A stretch of 64,000 nucleotides of DNA from Tubiluchus corallicola (lineage: Eukaryota; Animalia; Priapulida): contig JAQGDQ010000988.1 of assembly GCA_030141605.1 (NCBI GenBank), positions 8,598 through 72,597 of the forward strand. The letters run 5' to 3'. Every line of letters begins with the position of its first letter. Position 1 is the stretch's first letter. The translations under genes and the position numbers were made by a program. This document shows, in pieces, positions 26,376 to 40,113 of the stretch. The notes below the pieces were generated by a model. The model had not been told where the DNA came from and searched no databases. It saw nothing but the letters and a program-made list of their open reading frames with translations.

Positions 26376-26623
26376 AATGATGATGACGATGATGACTATG
26401 ATGATAATGACGATGGTGATGATGATGACGATAACGATGACGATGACGATGATGATAACAATGATAATGATGATGATGACGACGATGACGATGATGATGA
26501 TGATGATAATGATGATGATGACGATAACGATGAGATGACGATGATGATGACAATGATGATGATGATGATGCCTATGATGATAATGATGATGATGATGATG
26601 ACGACGACGACGATGATAATGAT
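26252..26623. repeat. Imperfect (GAT)n microsatellite
   Basis: Seen directly in the sequence. Confidence 0.95.
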
Positions 26624-28633
26624 CTTATGAAAACATTACTTCACTAGAAACAATGGACCTGTCATATTTGAATTCTGTTTAACCCTGTTGATATTATAAT
26701 GATATCTAGGGAAGGAATGCAGAAAATGCCTTGAATGCAAATACAGTCAGTTAGTTGTGTATTGTAAAGGCGCGTCTAGACTAGCGCGTTTTTTTTGCCA
26801 GGTAATACTGTGAAACTACACAAACACAGTTTTCCCCGCTGACACCCATACAGTTACTGGCTCAATGTTGCTAAACTTCAGTAGGAATATATTAAACCTG
26901 AAAGAGGTGCTCACAAAGAAAGTGAAAGCATGACACAACACTGCCTAATGTTTACTGGGTTACTCTGCTGCATTTGATTGTCTTTACAAGCTATTAAAGA
27001 AGAGCTAAAATAAAACTATAATAAAATACAGCTAAAATAAAATATTTAAATAAAGCCTAAAAACTTCGTCTTGACATTCTGTATCAGTTGTACACTGTCT
27101 TGTTTCATAAAGAACTTCTATTAGCAGGAACGCTGTGTAAAATTTGTAAATTTAAACTCTCGTGTTGACAAACAAGCGCAGCCATTTTGATGTTAAATTG
27201 TGCGAAACATAATCAGAGCATAATTACACATTAGAATATGCATAGAGTGATTTGCTACCAGGATGTTGGTTGGAAACAAGAAAAATGAACTAGGTAAGAT
27301 TCTAGCTAGCTGTTAAAACAGTTATTATTACAACAGCATGGGCTGCGTCGTCTGGTACATCATCATCATCATCATCATTCAGTGAATCATACGTCCAGGG
27401 ACATGATTCTGCTCACCTCCCAATGCCAGGACTCCCTGCTCGCCGCAATGTCCCAAGTACATTTATTTCTAAAGATCAATGCTGAAGTGTTTAAATCTTT
27501 CTGTGCAAAATCTAAATATGTTAACATTTGTCCTCCTGCAGGTTTTTTAGCTGGTTCTGTGGCTTGTTCGTCTGGTACACTTAACCTTTGACCTTTTCTC
27601 GATCATCGCTGGAACTGTGAAAAGGCCTATTATAACACAGATACAACATAATCTTTAGAAAATCACTGAAATTCTTCAACATCTTGCCCACGATGAACGA
27701 TGCTATGTAGTAGCAACAGCCGTGGCGTGACTCGATAGCGCACATGACTGTACTGGTCTCTCCTTGTGAGCATGAAATTTTTGCTCAATACACATTTTCA
27801 CACACGAAATGGGGTGATAATTAAAGATCTTTTATCTTGGAAAATGGTACATTTATTGCTAGAAAACTGTGAAAGAGTAAAGGACATTTTGCACATAGAC
27901 CGCAACAAAAACTCCTCGGTTTGTCAGACAAAAGCTGGGAGACATTAGTCAGCTTTGTGAATTGTCCGTATTTACCGATACTAAGCTATCAAAATCAAAT
28001 CACGAAGAAATTAAGGTAAGTTTTGAAATGGAGGGGGAGGGAGAGAAGGAGAAGAGCAATGTAGAGAAGACAAAAGGAGAGAAGCAGAGGAGTGAAGAGA
28101 AGAAAAGGAGAAGAGAAGAGCAAAAAAAAGAAAAGAAGAAATGCGAAAGGAAAAAAGAAAAGCAAGAAAATGGAGAATAAAAAAACTTAGCTTCTGAACA
28201 TGTTAAAAACAACCGAACAGAAAATCAAAATTGTTGAAGTTCCTGTACTGAAACATGAACAAACTTGATTTCAGTTTTGAAACATGTAAAACCGTTTTGT
28301 ATTACCACCCCACACAGGAAGAGGAATTTAGCAATTACCACCCGACCTTCAAACCCCCCCCCCCCCCCAATTATGAAAACTCATTTGTCAACCGACCATT
28401 CTTCCATTAAACTCAATCATTTACCCCAGTAAACAGAGTCAGTTTTCCGCGACGCCGAAGACACGGCAGATGAAACGGCTTAATTCTGCAAACGTGAGAT
28501 AATTCAAGCGAATTTCCTGCATTTTTACCAAAAAAACACGTATAAAACAGCAGGTAAGTAACCATGTAAAGTAATCGTCAAGTAAACAGCATCGTAGTAA
28601 CAGCGAGACTTTACTAGTTACATCTCAGACAAC

Positions 28634-31288
28634 ATGAAAGCTTTGCCAGTAATTCTACTTACTGCATTGACCATTTTGGTAAGTAAAATTCTTTTCATAT
28701 AGTTAGGCAGAGTTGTGGCTTGTAGGTAAAATGAGTGGGGGTGCTGGTTCAGAAAATTGTTATCCATTGTTTTAGTACCGTGTAAAACGTAACAAACATG
28801 TAATTTTAATGTTAATATTTGAAGATCAGGTGTTGAACGGCCTCTTTTCTTAATTGGAACTTTCTCATGGAGAGACAACTGTGAAAAATTAAGCTGTTGT
28901 AGTTCACTTACAGTCACAGAACTTATTTCTTGTAGATGCAAGGCGTCCATTATTAAATAATTCATATTTTAAGCGCACATGCTAAGTTTACACTTTATTA
29001 TATCCAAGAATATGACAGTACACGGTAAGCACGTGGCAATTGTTAACCGTGATACTATTACAGTACACGGTAAGCACGTGGCAATTGTTAACCGTGATAC
29101 TATTACAGTGAGTTTGTCCTAAAACAGGTGATAATACGACAAACTCGCGATTTTTCTGCAAATCACATTACATGCCAACTAAGCCTTATAATAAACCGAC
29201 GCAATTTATGACATAAATCTGCAGAACTGAATTTTCTAGGTCTGCATAGTAGTTAGATGGGTGATTTAAAAAAATTGTGGGCATTCCCAAGTAAATAATC
29301 GACAGTATAATGGCTACCCTTTTTGGTTTTATTAAAGGGAAACCGGATGATTGTGTAAACACGAGTTCAGAATAAAGAATGCTCTAAAATATTGAAAACT
29401 ACAATAGCTTTTTTAAATCAAAGCGTAAATTAAATAGTAATTACCTCGGATACTCAAATTTCGTTAAACTTTCAAAGCTACGCACGGCTCAGTGAATCTT
29501 CTGAGATTGGCAGCGGCGCCATTTTGTCACATTCGCGTGGCCGACAAATAGAAAGCGTTACCATGATCATAACCATGATCATGAACTGCTGTGTTAGTTT
29601 CTGACGTCATATGATGTAGAGCCCATTTTTATGATATCACGTGTTTAAATTGTAACACTTACGCAAACGTGCTTGCCGTGCAGGAAGATGCCTGCCATTG
29701 CACAAACTGTGGTTAGTTTCTGACGTAAGCAATAGCTGTGTTCTGTTGCCGTTAATTAACTTTCTAAGATAATTATTAAAATATAAGAAAAAATTGCTAA
29801 CTTTTATAGGCAAGAAAATGCATATTTTGGACAGTAAATTAAAATGAGATTGAGTCTAAACAATCGTCCGGTTTTACTTTAAATTTATAAGTAATCGGCT
29901 CCACATGCACATTAAAGCAGAACTGAATTAAATTGTAGATTCTAAACAAATAGAATGTATAAACCTTTCCTTTAATGAATATACAACCCTAGCTGTTACT
30001 CCGGTCAGAATGTTTTTACAGATGACTTTGTCCGTGACCAAAAAAACCCCCAAAGTTCAAGACCAGATTTAAAATTGCTCTTTTTCATAGAATATTTCAA
30101 AAATTACTAAAAACGATTCGATAACAAGCGAAAGCTCAACAAATGATTTTTGCAGGTGTTAACAGAAATCATTGACAGTCTCACCGCAGAAGAGCGAAGG
30201 GAGCGAAGACTAGCAAGACGTGTCAAGCGATGTTTCCATAGCTGTGACGATGATGATGATGATGATGATGATGATGCGACGAAGATGACGACGATGACCG
30301 TCGCAGACCAAGACGGGGAAGACGGAGATGTCGAAAGAAGTGTCAGGATGAAGATTTTGTCGTTCAATACGAACGATGCTGTCAGATGATAGATGCGGAT
30401 GCAATAGTCAGCTGTGCACCGGATGACTTTGACTATGAATCTGGATGCTTATGCAACTCAAATGGAGAAAACTGTTTTGAGGTGAGGAAATGCGAGTCGT
30501 GACTGTAATTTAACATAAGCAGTTGTACAAATTTGTAAGGAAAGAAAAATGTTCTCACTTCTCGTGCACCTGCACTTGCAACATTGTGCACCTGCATTCA
30601 TAGCTCTAAATAATTGCACTTGCAGTTTGATGCACATGCACTTGCAACATTGTGCGCCTGCATTCATAACTCTAAATAATTGCACTTGCAGTTTGATGCA
30701 CATGCACTTGCAACATTGTGCGCCTGCATTCATAACTCTAAATACTTCTACTAGCAGTTTCACGTGCCTGCATTCCTCACTTTGAAAACTTCCAAATCTT
30801 TATTAAAAATCGATTTAAAAAATTAACGAATTTTATTTTCTTGCGTAATCTTTTTTGCTTTTTTTAGATACATAGATTTTTAGATAATTTAACATAAGCA
30901 GTTGTACAAATTTGTAAGGAAAAAAAATGTTCTCACTTCTCGTGCACCTGCACTTGCAACATTGTGCACCTGCATTCATAACTCTAAATACCAGCACTTG
31001 CAGTTTCACGTGCCTGCATTCCTCACTTTGAAAACTTCCAAATCCTGATTAAAAATCGATTTAAAAAATTAATGAATTTTATTTTCTTGCGTAATCTTTT
31101 TTGCTTTTTTTTAGATACGCGCCAGACAAGAAGATGGCACGAGATGTCAATGTCTAGATGCCTCAAACGAACTGCTATTATTAAACGGAGAACCGCTAGA
31201 TTACCCAGAATTCTGTTTCGATAGCGACAAGTGCAGTTGCAGCTATGCAAACCTAGTGATAAACACAACGTGCATCGAGGACATGTAA
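28634..31288 (+). CDS. Orphan secreted Cys-rich/acidic prepro-protein (~181 aa) with a 1-nt frameshift at the end of the GAT tract (pseudogene, null allele or sequence error)
   Basis: Exons 28634-28678 (MKALPVILLTALTIL|GTAAGT), 30156-30481 (TGCAG|...GAG|GTGAGG; 326 nt, one short of a multiple of 3) and 31115-31288 (TAA). Signal peptide, then LTAEERRERRLARRVKR, then a Cys-rich region. A probable non-coding exon ends at about 28553 (CAG|GTAAGT). Confidence 0.65.
29336..29878. mobile_element. Kolobok-like non-autonomous element, family K2 (other copies ~50456-50625, 52027-52195, 57043-57250, 60650-61122, 61388-61565)
   Basis: TTAA|AGGGAAACCGGATGATTGT...ACAATCGTCCGGTTTTACT|TTAA. Confidence 0.75.
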
Positions 31289-31584
31289 GAAATGGCCGAC
31301 AATAGCCAAGTTGAAGTTTGAAAAATCTTAAATATACTAGTACCAGTAGAGTAGAGATGATGCATTTTTGAAAAAAGTTAATACATGAAGCTTTCACAGC
31401 TCTGACGAAACTATGGGTCCTAGCTAAGTGCAACTATAGTTTAATCTCAGACTTTGTGTTGGCATCCAGTGTCCTACCTAACAAATGATCAGAAGTTTTA
31501 GAAGAAGATGAGTGGCACTTCATTATCCCATTCCTACAAAATCTTCCTATTCCAAATCCGGCATGAAGGAAAGATGAGCATACC

Positions 31585-33300
<1,716 letters not shown>

Positions 33301-33409
33301 TTGAGGAGGAACTGAACAGAATGGATTTTGTTGTAAACAAAAATAAAACTCAAGAGTTTCACATAACACGCCAATGTTTATCGATTGTGAATGCTGTTGA
33401 GAAACCGAG

Positions 33410-33606
33410 TGAGATATTTCCTTGAAGGTAGACGATTTACAATAAGGACTGACCAACGTGGACTCCTTGCCCAACCACGAACTAAGAAAAATAATCGTCG
33501 CCTGTGCAGGTGGAGTTTGATTTTGTCAGAATTTAGTTGTACCATAGAAGGCATTAGTGGCAATGAAAATACCATAGCTGACGCCTTGTCACGATTAAAT
33601 GTCTAG
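33410..33606 (+). mobile_element. Ty3/gypsy pol RNase H C-terminal remnant
   Basis: RYFLEGRRFTIRTDQRGL...RLCRWSLILSEFSCTIEGISGNENTIADALSRLNV*. Confidence 0.85.
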
Positions 33607-35073
33607 GTGTAAAATAACCATTTTTGATTGATATGAGAGAATTAAGGGTATATTTAGCTTATCATATTTTATTGTTTTGGCATAGTTTCCATATTTTTGG
33701 AAACAGAATTCAATGTGTTGTTGTCTAATTGAGCATAATTTGAAGATATTAAATTTTTTAAAGTTACTGGAGCTGAGTTAAGCTGCTAAGTGATAGTTAA
33801 ATAAAATCTTCTTTTGACAAAGCAAGATTGTATATTGGATGTACTAAAATTAGTTTTGTAATATGTGCAGAAGTACCAAAAGAGTTTGTGTTATATTTAA
33901 TGGAAATGGTTGTTTAAATCAGTTGTTTGTCATAAAAGTGTTCTGATGTCATAAAAGTGTTCTGATACTACATTTGAGTATTACTGTATTCATTGTTGCT
34001 ATTCATTGATTTGTATTGATCTATTGAATATTTCTATGGCATGGAAGTTAGTAGTCTCAATGTGCATTTCGTAGCTACTCAACTTTTACAGAACCGGGGC
34101 TCTGTGATGGTCCAGTATGGTAATGTAGGGAATCACTAGCCTAACAGCCGGGCACATTATTTGTTTACATTCACGAGCTAGGCTAATGATCTTCTTCCCA
34201 GCTTTTGCCTATGCGGAGTCGCCGTTGTGAATGAGTCTTCTCCACGCATTCCTGTTGTTGACCATCTCTTCATTTATGTTCTTCACTCTAAGGTCTCCAT
34301 TAATACATTCAATACATCTCAGCTTGGGTCATCCTCTTCTTCTATTTCCCAGCACTTCCATTTCCATGACCTCCCTTCCCAAATGATCTTCACAACGAGT
34401 TAGGCTGATGATGAAGAGTTAAAATTCACCTTTCTTTTGCATTTTTAATTTAATTTGATGTTCTACAAAATCGCATTTTGATCTCATAAATTACTACCCC
34501 TGGTAGCTAGGTCACTTGGGTGGGTACACGAGTATTCCGTCGTAGAGGAAGATCTTTACCTTAAAGTTAAATCACTGAAGCCAGACGTTCACGTGAGCAG
34601 TGTGACCTGGATTTTTTTTACCTGCCGATTCTATGCCACGTAGTTGTAGAGAGTGGTTTCCTTGTGTTAAACGGAGGTACGTCTACACGTTAAGTACCTT
34701 CCGTCTTGTATCGTGTCTCAGTTTGATGTCAAGACATGTGATGTGGTCCCCGAGTAGTGGTTCAAGTTTCACAGACCAAAAGAGACGTTAGCAGATCAAG
34801 AAAGACGTAACGGTATACTTCTACTTATGTTATTACTCTCGTAAATCACCAACTGCTAATTGCCATTTGTTGGGTTAACACCACAGGGATGGTAGACTGT
34901 AAAGTGGTCAGTTTCACTTGAGGAGTGTGATGACTGTTTTCATTGCCGTATGGGGATCCTGTTATCTTCACGTAGACGTTAAATTGTTTACCATGTTGGG
35001 GTCGTCTGTGCTACACTGTCATGCAAGAAATCTGTAAGCTGTGACTGTCAGTGTGGACTGTTGTACCGCAGTC

Positions 35074-35418
35074 AGGGGCGGAACTAGGGGGGAGCGAGGG
35101 CGGCGCCCCCCCTGCAAAATCGGACAAATAATTTTTTTTTGCAGTGAAAATTGCAGTTCGCATGTAATCATTTTCAATATGAATTAAAATTAGGTAAAAA
35201 ATGTTTGGTAGTTCAAATAACGTTAGGTTAACTGAGAGTTAATTTTCTCATTATTGTTCTGTCCGCTATGCCGTCCTATATACACTAATTATAGGCCTGC
35301 ATGCAGTATAAAAGGGGTTAAAATTGGCTTAACCATTATTTAACCACTTCGGATACCATGCCCCCCCCCCAGAAAATTTTTGCGCCCCCCCTGCTTGCCA
35401 CATCTATTTCCGGCCCTG
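35074..35418. mobile_element. Probable hAT-type MITE with GC-rich ends
   Basis: Imperfect TIR CAGGGGCGGAACTAG / CTATTTCCGGCCCTG; the flanks CCGCAGT / CCGCCAGT resemble a TSD. Confidence 0.6.
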
Positions 35419-36129
35419 CCGCCAGTGAACACTCAGCAAAACCCAGGTAGATCACCAGTATTCTGGGGAAAGGGTTTTCCTTTTTTTGTATATTGATGCT
35501 GATTGTCATTTTTTTGAATATTTGGAATCTTATTAAATTTGTTGTTACATGCCTTTACTTGTTTATGGAGAGTTGGATAAAATGTCGTTAACCAATGAAA
35601 AGAAAACAACTCACGTATTATTTAGGAAAACTGCGAACAAAGTATTTATTCCCATGAACATTTTATGAACATGTCTTAAAATTAGCATAAATAATTCGCA
35701 TACACCTTTCGGCACACGCTACGTCAAAAGGTGGTTTTCGGGTACCTGTGACCCTTCTAACTCCAACCATCACAGCCACACTGCCGTAGTTCTCGACAAA
35801 AGGTATCCTTGGAACAACACGTCCATCCTTGACCGGTTGACCGTGAGGCGTGCCGGTCAAACACGACTTAGCTAACATTTGTCCACTGAGTGTTTACGAT
35901 ACGGCGGGCGCACGATTGTTTAACACTCGTGACCACTTTTCCATACACGGATACAAGTACGGGCGGGCGTGTGGCATGTTTACCGAAAGGGAAAGCCCTT
36001 CTGCTAACAGAAAACAACTCTATCCAGTAGAAAACAAACAATTTGATGTAATGAGTCACCTCGCGTAAACGTACCGTGTGACCAAAACTTGGCACCGGCA
36101 CCAAACTCATCTCTGGATGTAACCAATCC

Positions 36130-36480
36130 TCTTGTTTGTATGCAGCTGAAAAATAAACAAGAAATTAAATACTTCCACATCGGAGGAGGTAAAGGAAATA
36201 GCCAAGTGGTGTTATGAAGATTAATTAAGCAACAAAAGTTAAGCAATGCCGAGACAGGACTGTGAATGGATGCGTGACGCAAGGTTTAATACCCACTTTG
36301 GGAGGTCTCACTCATTAGGTCTATTCTTGATGTTTATCTTGTTCACAATAGTAGAACAGCTGCTTATATGTGCACATTTTTTTCAACGAGCTTCTTATCT
36401 ATGGAATTTTCTGCCAGGTAATCGTTTCCCTGACAGCTACCACTATGCTGGACTCAAGCAGCACATCAACAAATAGCTCT
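36130..36480 (+). mobile_element. LINE (CR1/Jockey-type) ORF2 C-terminal remnant; short relatives at ~13785-13820 and 46100-46200
   Basis: FFQRASYLWNFLPGNRFPDSY...KQHINK motif. Confidence 0.55.
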
Positions 36481-36884
36481 ATCCTTAGTAAATAAGTTAT
36501 ATAACTTCTATCTCTCTGGATCTACATTCATAATTTACATTTTCACTTTTTAACCGTGACACCTGTTGCCCTAATCTTGCTTCGTATAAAAGAAAGCCGA
36601 AAAAGTTCATTTGTGTACCTAGGTGTGAAACATGCATGAGTCGGTAACGCAGTAACTTTACAAACCAAACATTTTATAACTAAACACGCTTGTTAGTAAA
36701 CTACACTCAAGTGAGCTGGTCCACAATTTTTAAGCAAACAACAGCCAGGTAAATAACAGTTATTTGTAAACAGTAGGCCTCTCGCGTATAAATAAGCTCG
36801 AATTTTTGGCAAAGTTGCGAACGAATATCGTGGCGCTAAACGACACCATCGATTTTAGAAACTGTTTAAGAAACCGAAAAAAAG

Positions 36885-38411
36885 ATGAAGTTGCTTATGT
36901 TTGTTGCCATGGTAACTATCAACAATCAGTTTAATATTACATGTTAATACTTTGTACTGTAGAGTAATGAAAAGTACCGTATTTTCCCGTGTATAAGAGA
37001 CCCTTTTTTGCTCAGAATTTTCACTTTAAAAATAGGGGGTCTCTTATACATGGGAGTAAGTCTTTTCAATAAGATGCATAAATTGTGACACTAATGATTT
37101 TAAAGAAATAAGTGCTCTACAACTGTTTTGCGTGTCGCGTTCGACTATGAAGCGGTTGTAAGCATCGTGACACAGGCATTATCTCCTCGTTTTCTCTTTT
37201 CCTGTTACAGGTTTGCAGGTACGCACTTTAATATATACCAGTACTCTTTTTCTACAACACATTAACTGGTTTTATTTTGTTTTCAGTACCGCACTGAGTT
37301 GAAAAAAGTTGTACTTTACCCTCTAAAAATGTCCGTCTGAAAAAACTTTTTTCCAGAATTTTTGCCTAAAAATTGAAGGGGTCTCTTATACACAAGGGTC
37401 TCTTATACACGGGAAAATACGGTAATCTTCTATAATACAACTTCATGTAATATATAGTATCATGATATACATTATGTAATAGGGTCTTTTATAAGGCATG
37501 ACATATGTCATTTTACCCATAGTGCATATGTGATAACATGCAATATAAGGTGTAGCTTAAAATGGTATTGAAGTTATGAATTGATTAGTTCAGCTAAGCG
37601 TAGCAATACGATTATGTTTTCAGATGATGATGATGACGGCAGTGACGATCGTTAATGGTCACTACTACTGGTATCGTAATTACTGTCCAGGAAGCAGCAC
37701 TGACTGCTCCACACTTACGTGTACAGATGCGAACGGCACCGCCTGCGATAACCTCACCGCAGATGATGATTGGGACACCGTTGGACCCTGTGTGTGTCCC
37801 AATGGTTCTAACAGCTACTATTGTGATGACTGTTATCAGGTAAAAGTGCATTATTTACACTTCTAAAAAGTATCACTTTTACCTTTTCCTAGAATAGCGT
37901 CTTTTCATAATTTTTTATATAAGTTGCTATAAACGAGGCTGACGGTCTGTTGTGTTTTGTTTCACTCGGAAGGCTCGTAGAGAAAACCAGAAAACACTTC
38001 ATCAAATTAAACTAGTTTATTATGTCAGAATTCTGGTTGCTGTTGTGTTTTGTTTCTCTCGGAAAGCTCGTAGAGAAAACCAGAAAACACGCCATTAAAT
38101 ATTATTACTTTATTGAGCGAGAATTCTTACACAAAGAGGAAGGAACTTTGAAATGATTATACTAAACGTGAAAATCTGGAAAACATTCAAGTAAGTATAA
38201 CAGAATAAGTATAAGTCCGTGTTAGATCTGTGTGCGATGTGCGATCCCGTGTCGGCAGCCTGATTCGCCTTATATAGCGCGCTGGAGAAACTTCTCGAAG
38301 AAATGTTCGAGAACAATCCAGACGCTAAGGCGGTCATCCCGACGGAACATTCTACGATGTTCCATGCACTTCTACTTGACGTCAGCGATCTCCATAACAC
38401 GGTCGGGGTAA
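36885..38411 (+). CDS. Orphan secreted Cys-rich protein (~142 aa)
   Basis: Exons 36885-36911 (MKLLMFVAM|GTAACT), 37624-37839 (TTTTCAG|MMMMTAVTIVNG-HYYWYRNYCPG...CDDCYQ|GTAAAA) and probably 38226-38411 (ICVRCAIPCRQ...TRSG*; weaker acceptor). All introns are phase 0. A probable non-coding exon ends at about 36748, and TATAAAA lies near 36586. Confidence 0.6.
36977..37422. mobile_element. Tc1/mariner-superfamily (Tc2/pogo-like) MITE
   Basis: Long TIR CCGTATTTTCCCGTGTATAAGAGACCC / GGGTCTCTTATACACGGGAAAATACGG flanked by TA. Confidence 0.9.
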
Positions 38412-38507
38412 CGGCTGCAGTTACCGTACGCACAGCAAGCAGTGATCACTATAACAGTTAAGCGCTATTAAAAACTAGAAAGAAAGAACTGTCTTTCTTA
38501 TTTTCTT

Positions 38508-40113
38508 ACAGGAAGACAGAATGATTTTCCATATACTACGCCATTTTCAAGTCTGATAAAAACGAAACATTTTAACACAATTAATACTGCAAAAGCACTT
38601 CTGATAATTAAATAATAGATTAATATCTTAATTAACAACGGGCGAGTGCAACTATTGATGACATCACAAACTAACATGATTTTCAACAGGAAAAATATTC
38701 CACGAGTATGTTTCACGTGTTTGCAAAAGCGAACGTTGAAATACAGTGCTACTGTAAGATATTCAGTGTGTGGTACTAAAGTTAGGCAAGTTTTAAGATA
38801 AAAATTCAAATTTCAAATTTACCCCTGCGCTCATGCGTGAGTTGTCGAATGTGTGTAGTTCGTCACAAACTAACACTACTGAACTCAGAAGTCCAGCACC
38901 TGTTTTTGTGCAACGCGTTTCCGAAATGCCGGCATTGGTGCTTATTTAACTAGTGAATGGCAAAATGCATGTGACAGTGAAGAACTAGTGGCACGAATGT
39001 GAAATTGTGTTTGTGTGGTAACATACAGTGAAGAACTAGTAGCACGAATGTGAAATTGCGTTTGTGTGGTAATATACAGTGAAGAACTAGTGGCACGAAT
39101 GTGAAATTGTGTTTGTGTGGTAATATACAGTGAAGAACTAGTAGCACGAATGTGAAATTGTGTTTGTGTGGTAATATACAGTGAAGAACTAGTAGCACGA
39201 ATGTGAAATTGTGTTTGTGTGGTAATATACAGTGAAGAACTAGTAGCGCAAATGTGAAATTGTGTTTGTGTGGTAATATACAGTGAAGAACTAGTAGCAC
39301 GAATGTGAAATTGTGTTTGTGTGGTAATATACAGTGAAGAACTAGTAGCACGAATGTGAAATTGTGTTTGTGTGGTAATATACAGTGAAGAACTAGTAGC
39401 ACGAATGTGAAATTGTGTTTGTGTGGTAATATACAGTGAAGAACTAGTAGCACGAATGTGAAATTGTGTTTGTATGATAATAATTCTTTCACGCAAGTCA
39501 TTTTTGAAAAACTAGTATGTTTTCTTTCAAGGTTCTAAATAAGTAATTATCTACTCTACCAAAAATTGAAGGGAGAAATACTATTTTTTCAGCAATGACT
39601 TATGTGAAAGATTCATTACCACACAAACACAGTTTCATGTCCACATCACTAGTTCTTCGCTGTTACATGCATTTCGCCATTCGCTAGTTAGATGGGAACT
39701 AGCGCCTGCATTTCGGAAACGTGATGGACAAAAAGCAGGTGCTGTACCTCGCAGTTCAGAGGCATTTAGTTATGTCGTATTATAAGCACGTTCAAAAGCT
39801 TCTGCGTGAGGACAGCAGTAAACATGAAATTTGAATTTTACACTTTAAATTTGTCGAGTTTTTGTATAACGCATTAAATGTTGTACAACAGAGCTTAAAT
39901 TTTTGCTTTCGGAAACACGTGCAACACCTGTGCTGTTGAAAATTACGTTCATTTATGATGTCATCACTAGTTGGGCTCGCATGCCGTTAATTTAGTTTTT
40001 AACCTATTATTTAATTATCAGAAATGCTATAAATGCTTACAGGTGTTAAAATGAGTACTTTTTACTGTACTTCAAAATGGTGTAGGATAGAAAAACTATT
40101 CTGTTTTCCTTTA
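38508..40113. mobile_element. Inverted pair of Kolobok-like K3 copies containing an internal minisatellite expansion
   Basis: 38508-39540 is approximately the reverse complement of 39570-40113 and of 44078-44800; the right end is TTTTCCT|TTAA. Confidence 0.6.
38974..39473. repeat. 51-bp minisatellite, ~10 copies, derived from internal Kolobok-like K3 sequence
   Basis: Unit ACAGTGAAGAACTAGTAGCACGAATGTGAAATTGTGTTTGTGTGGTAATAT; a single-copy counterpart lies reversed at ~44188-44236. Confidence 0.9.

Noticed and set aside
26038-26553. Poly-His and poly-Met ORFs as metal-binding proteins
   Set aside because: Translations of a (GAT)n microsatellite, with no signal peptide or splice context.
27962-28180. 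Lys/Glu-rich ORF
   Set aside because: Low-complexity purine tract with a non-ATG start and no exon partners.
38225-38460. Alternative frame DLCAMCDPVSAA*FALYSALEKLL... with in-frame TGA (38261) as a selenoprotein
   Set aside because: Phase-incompatible with the preceding exon and no SECIS recognised; the phase-0 frame is open and fits.
38942-39501. 183-184 aa repeat proteins
   Set aside because: Translations of the 51-bp transposon-derived minisatellite.
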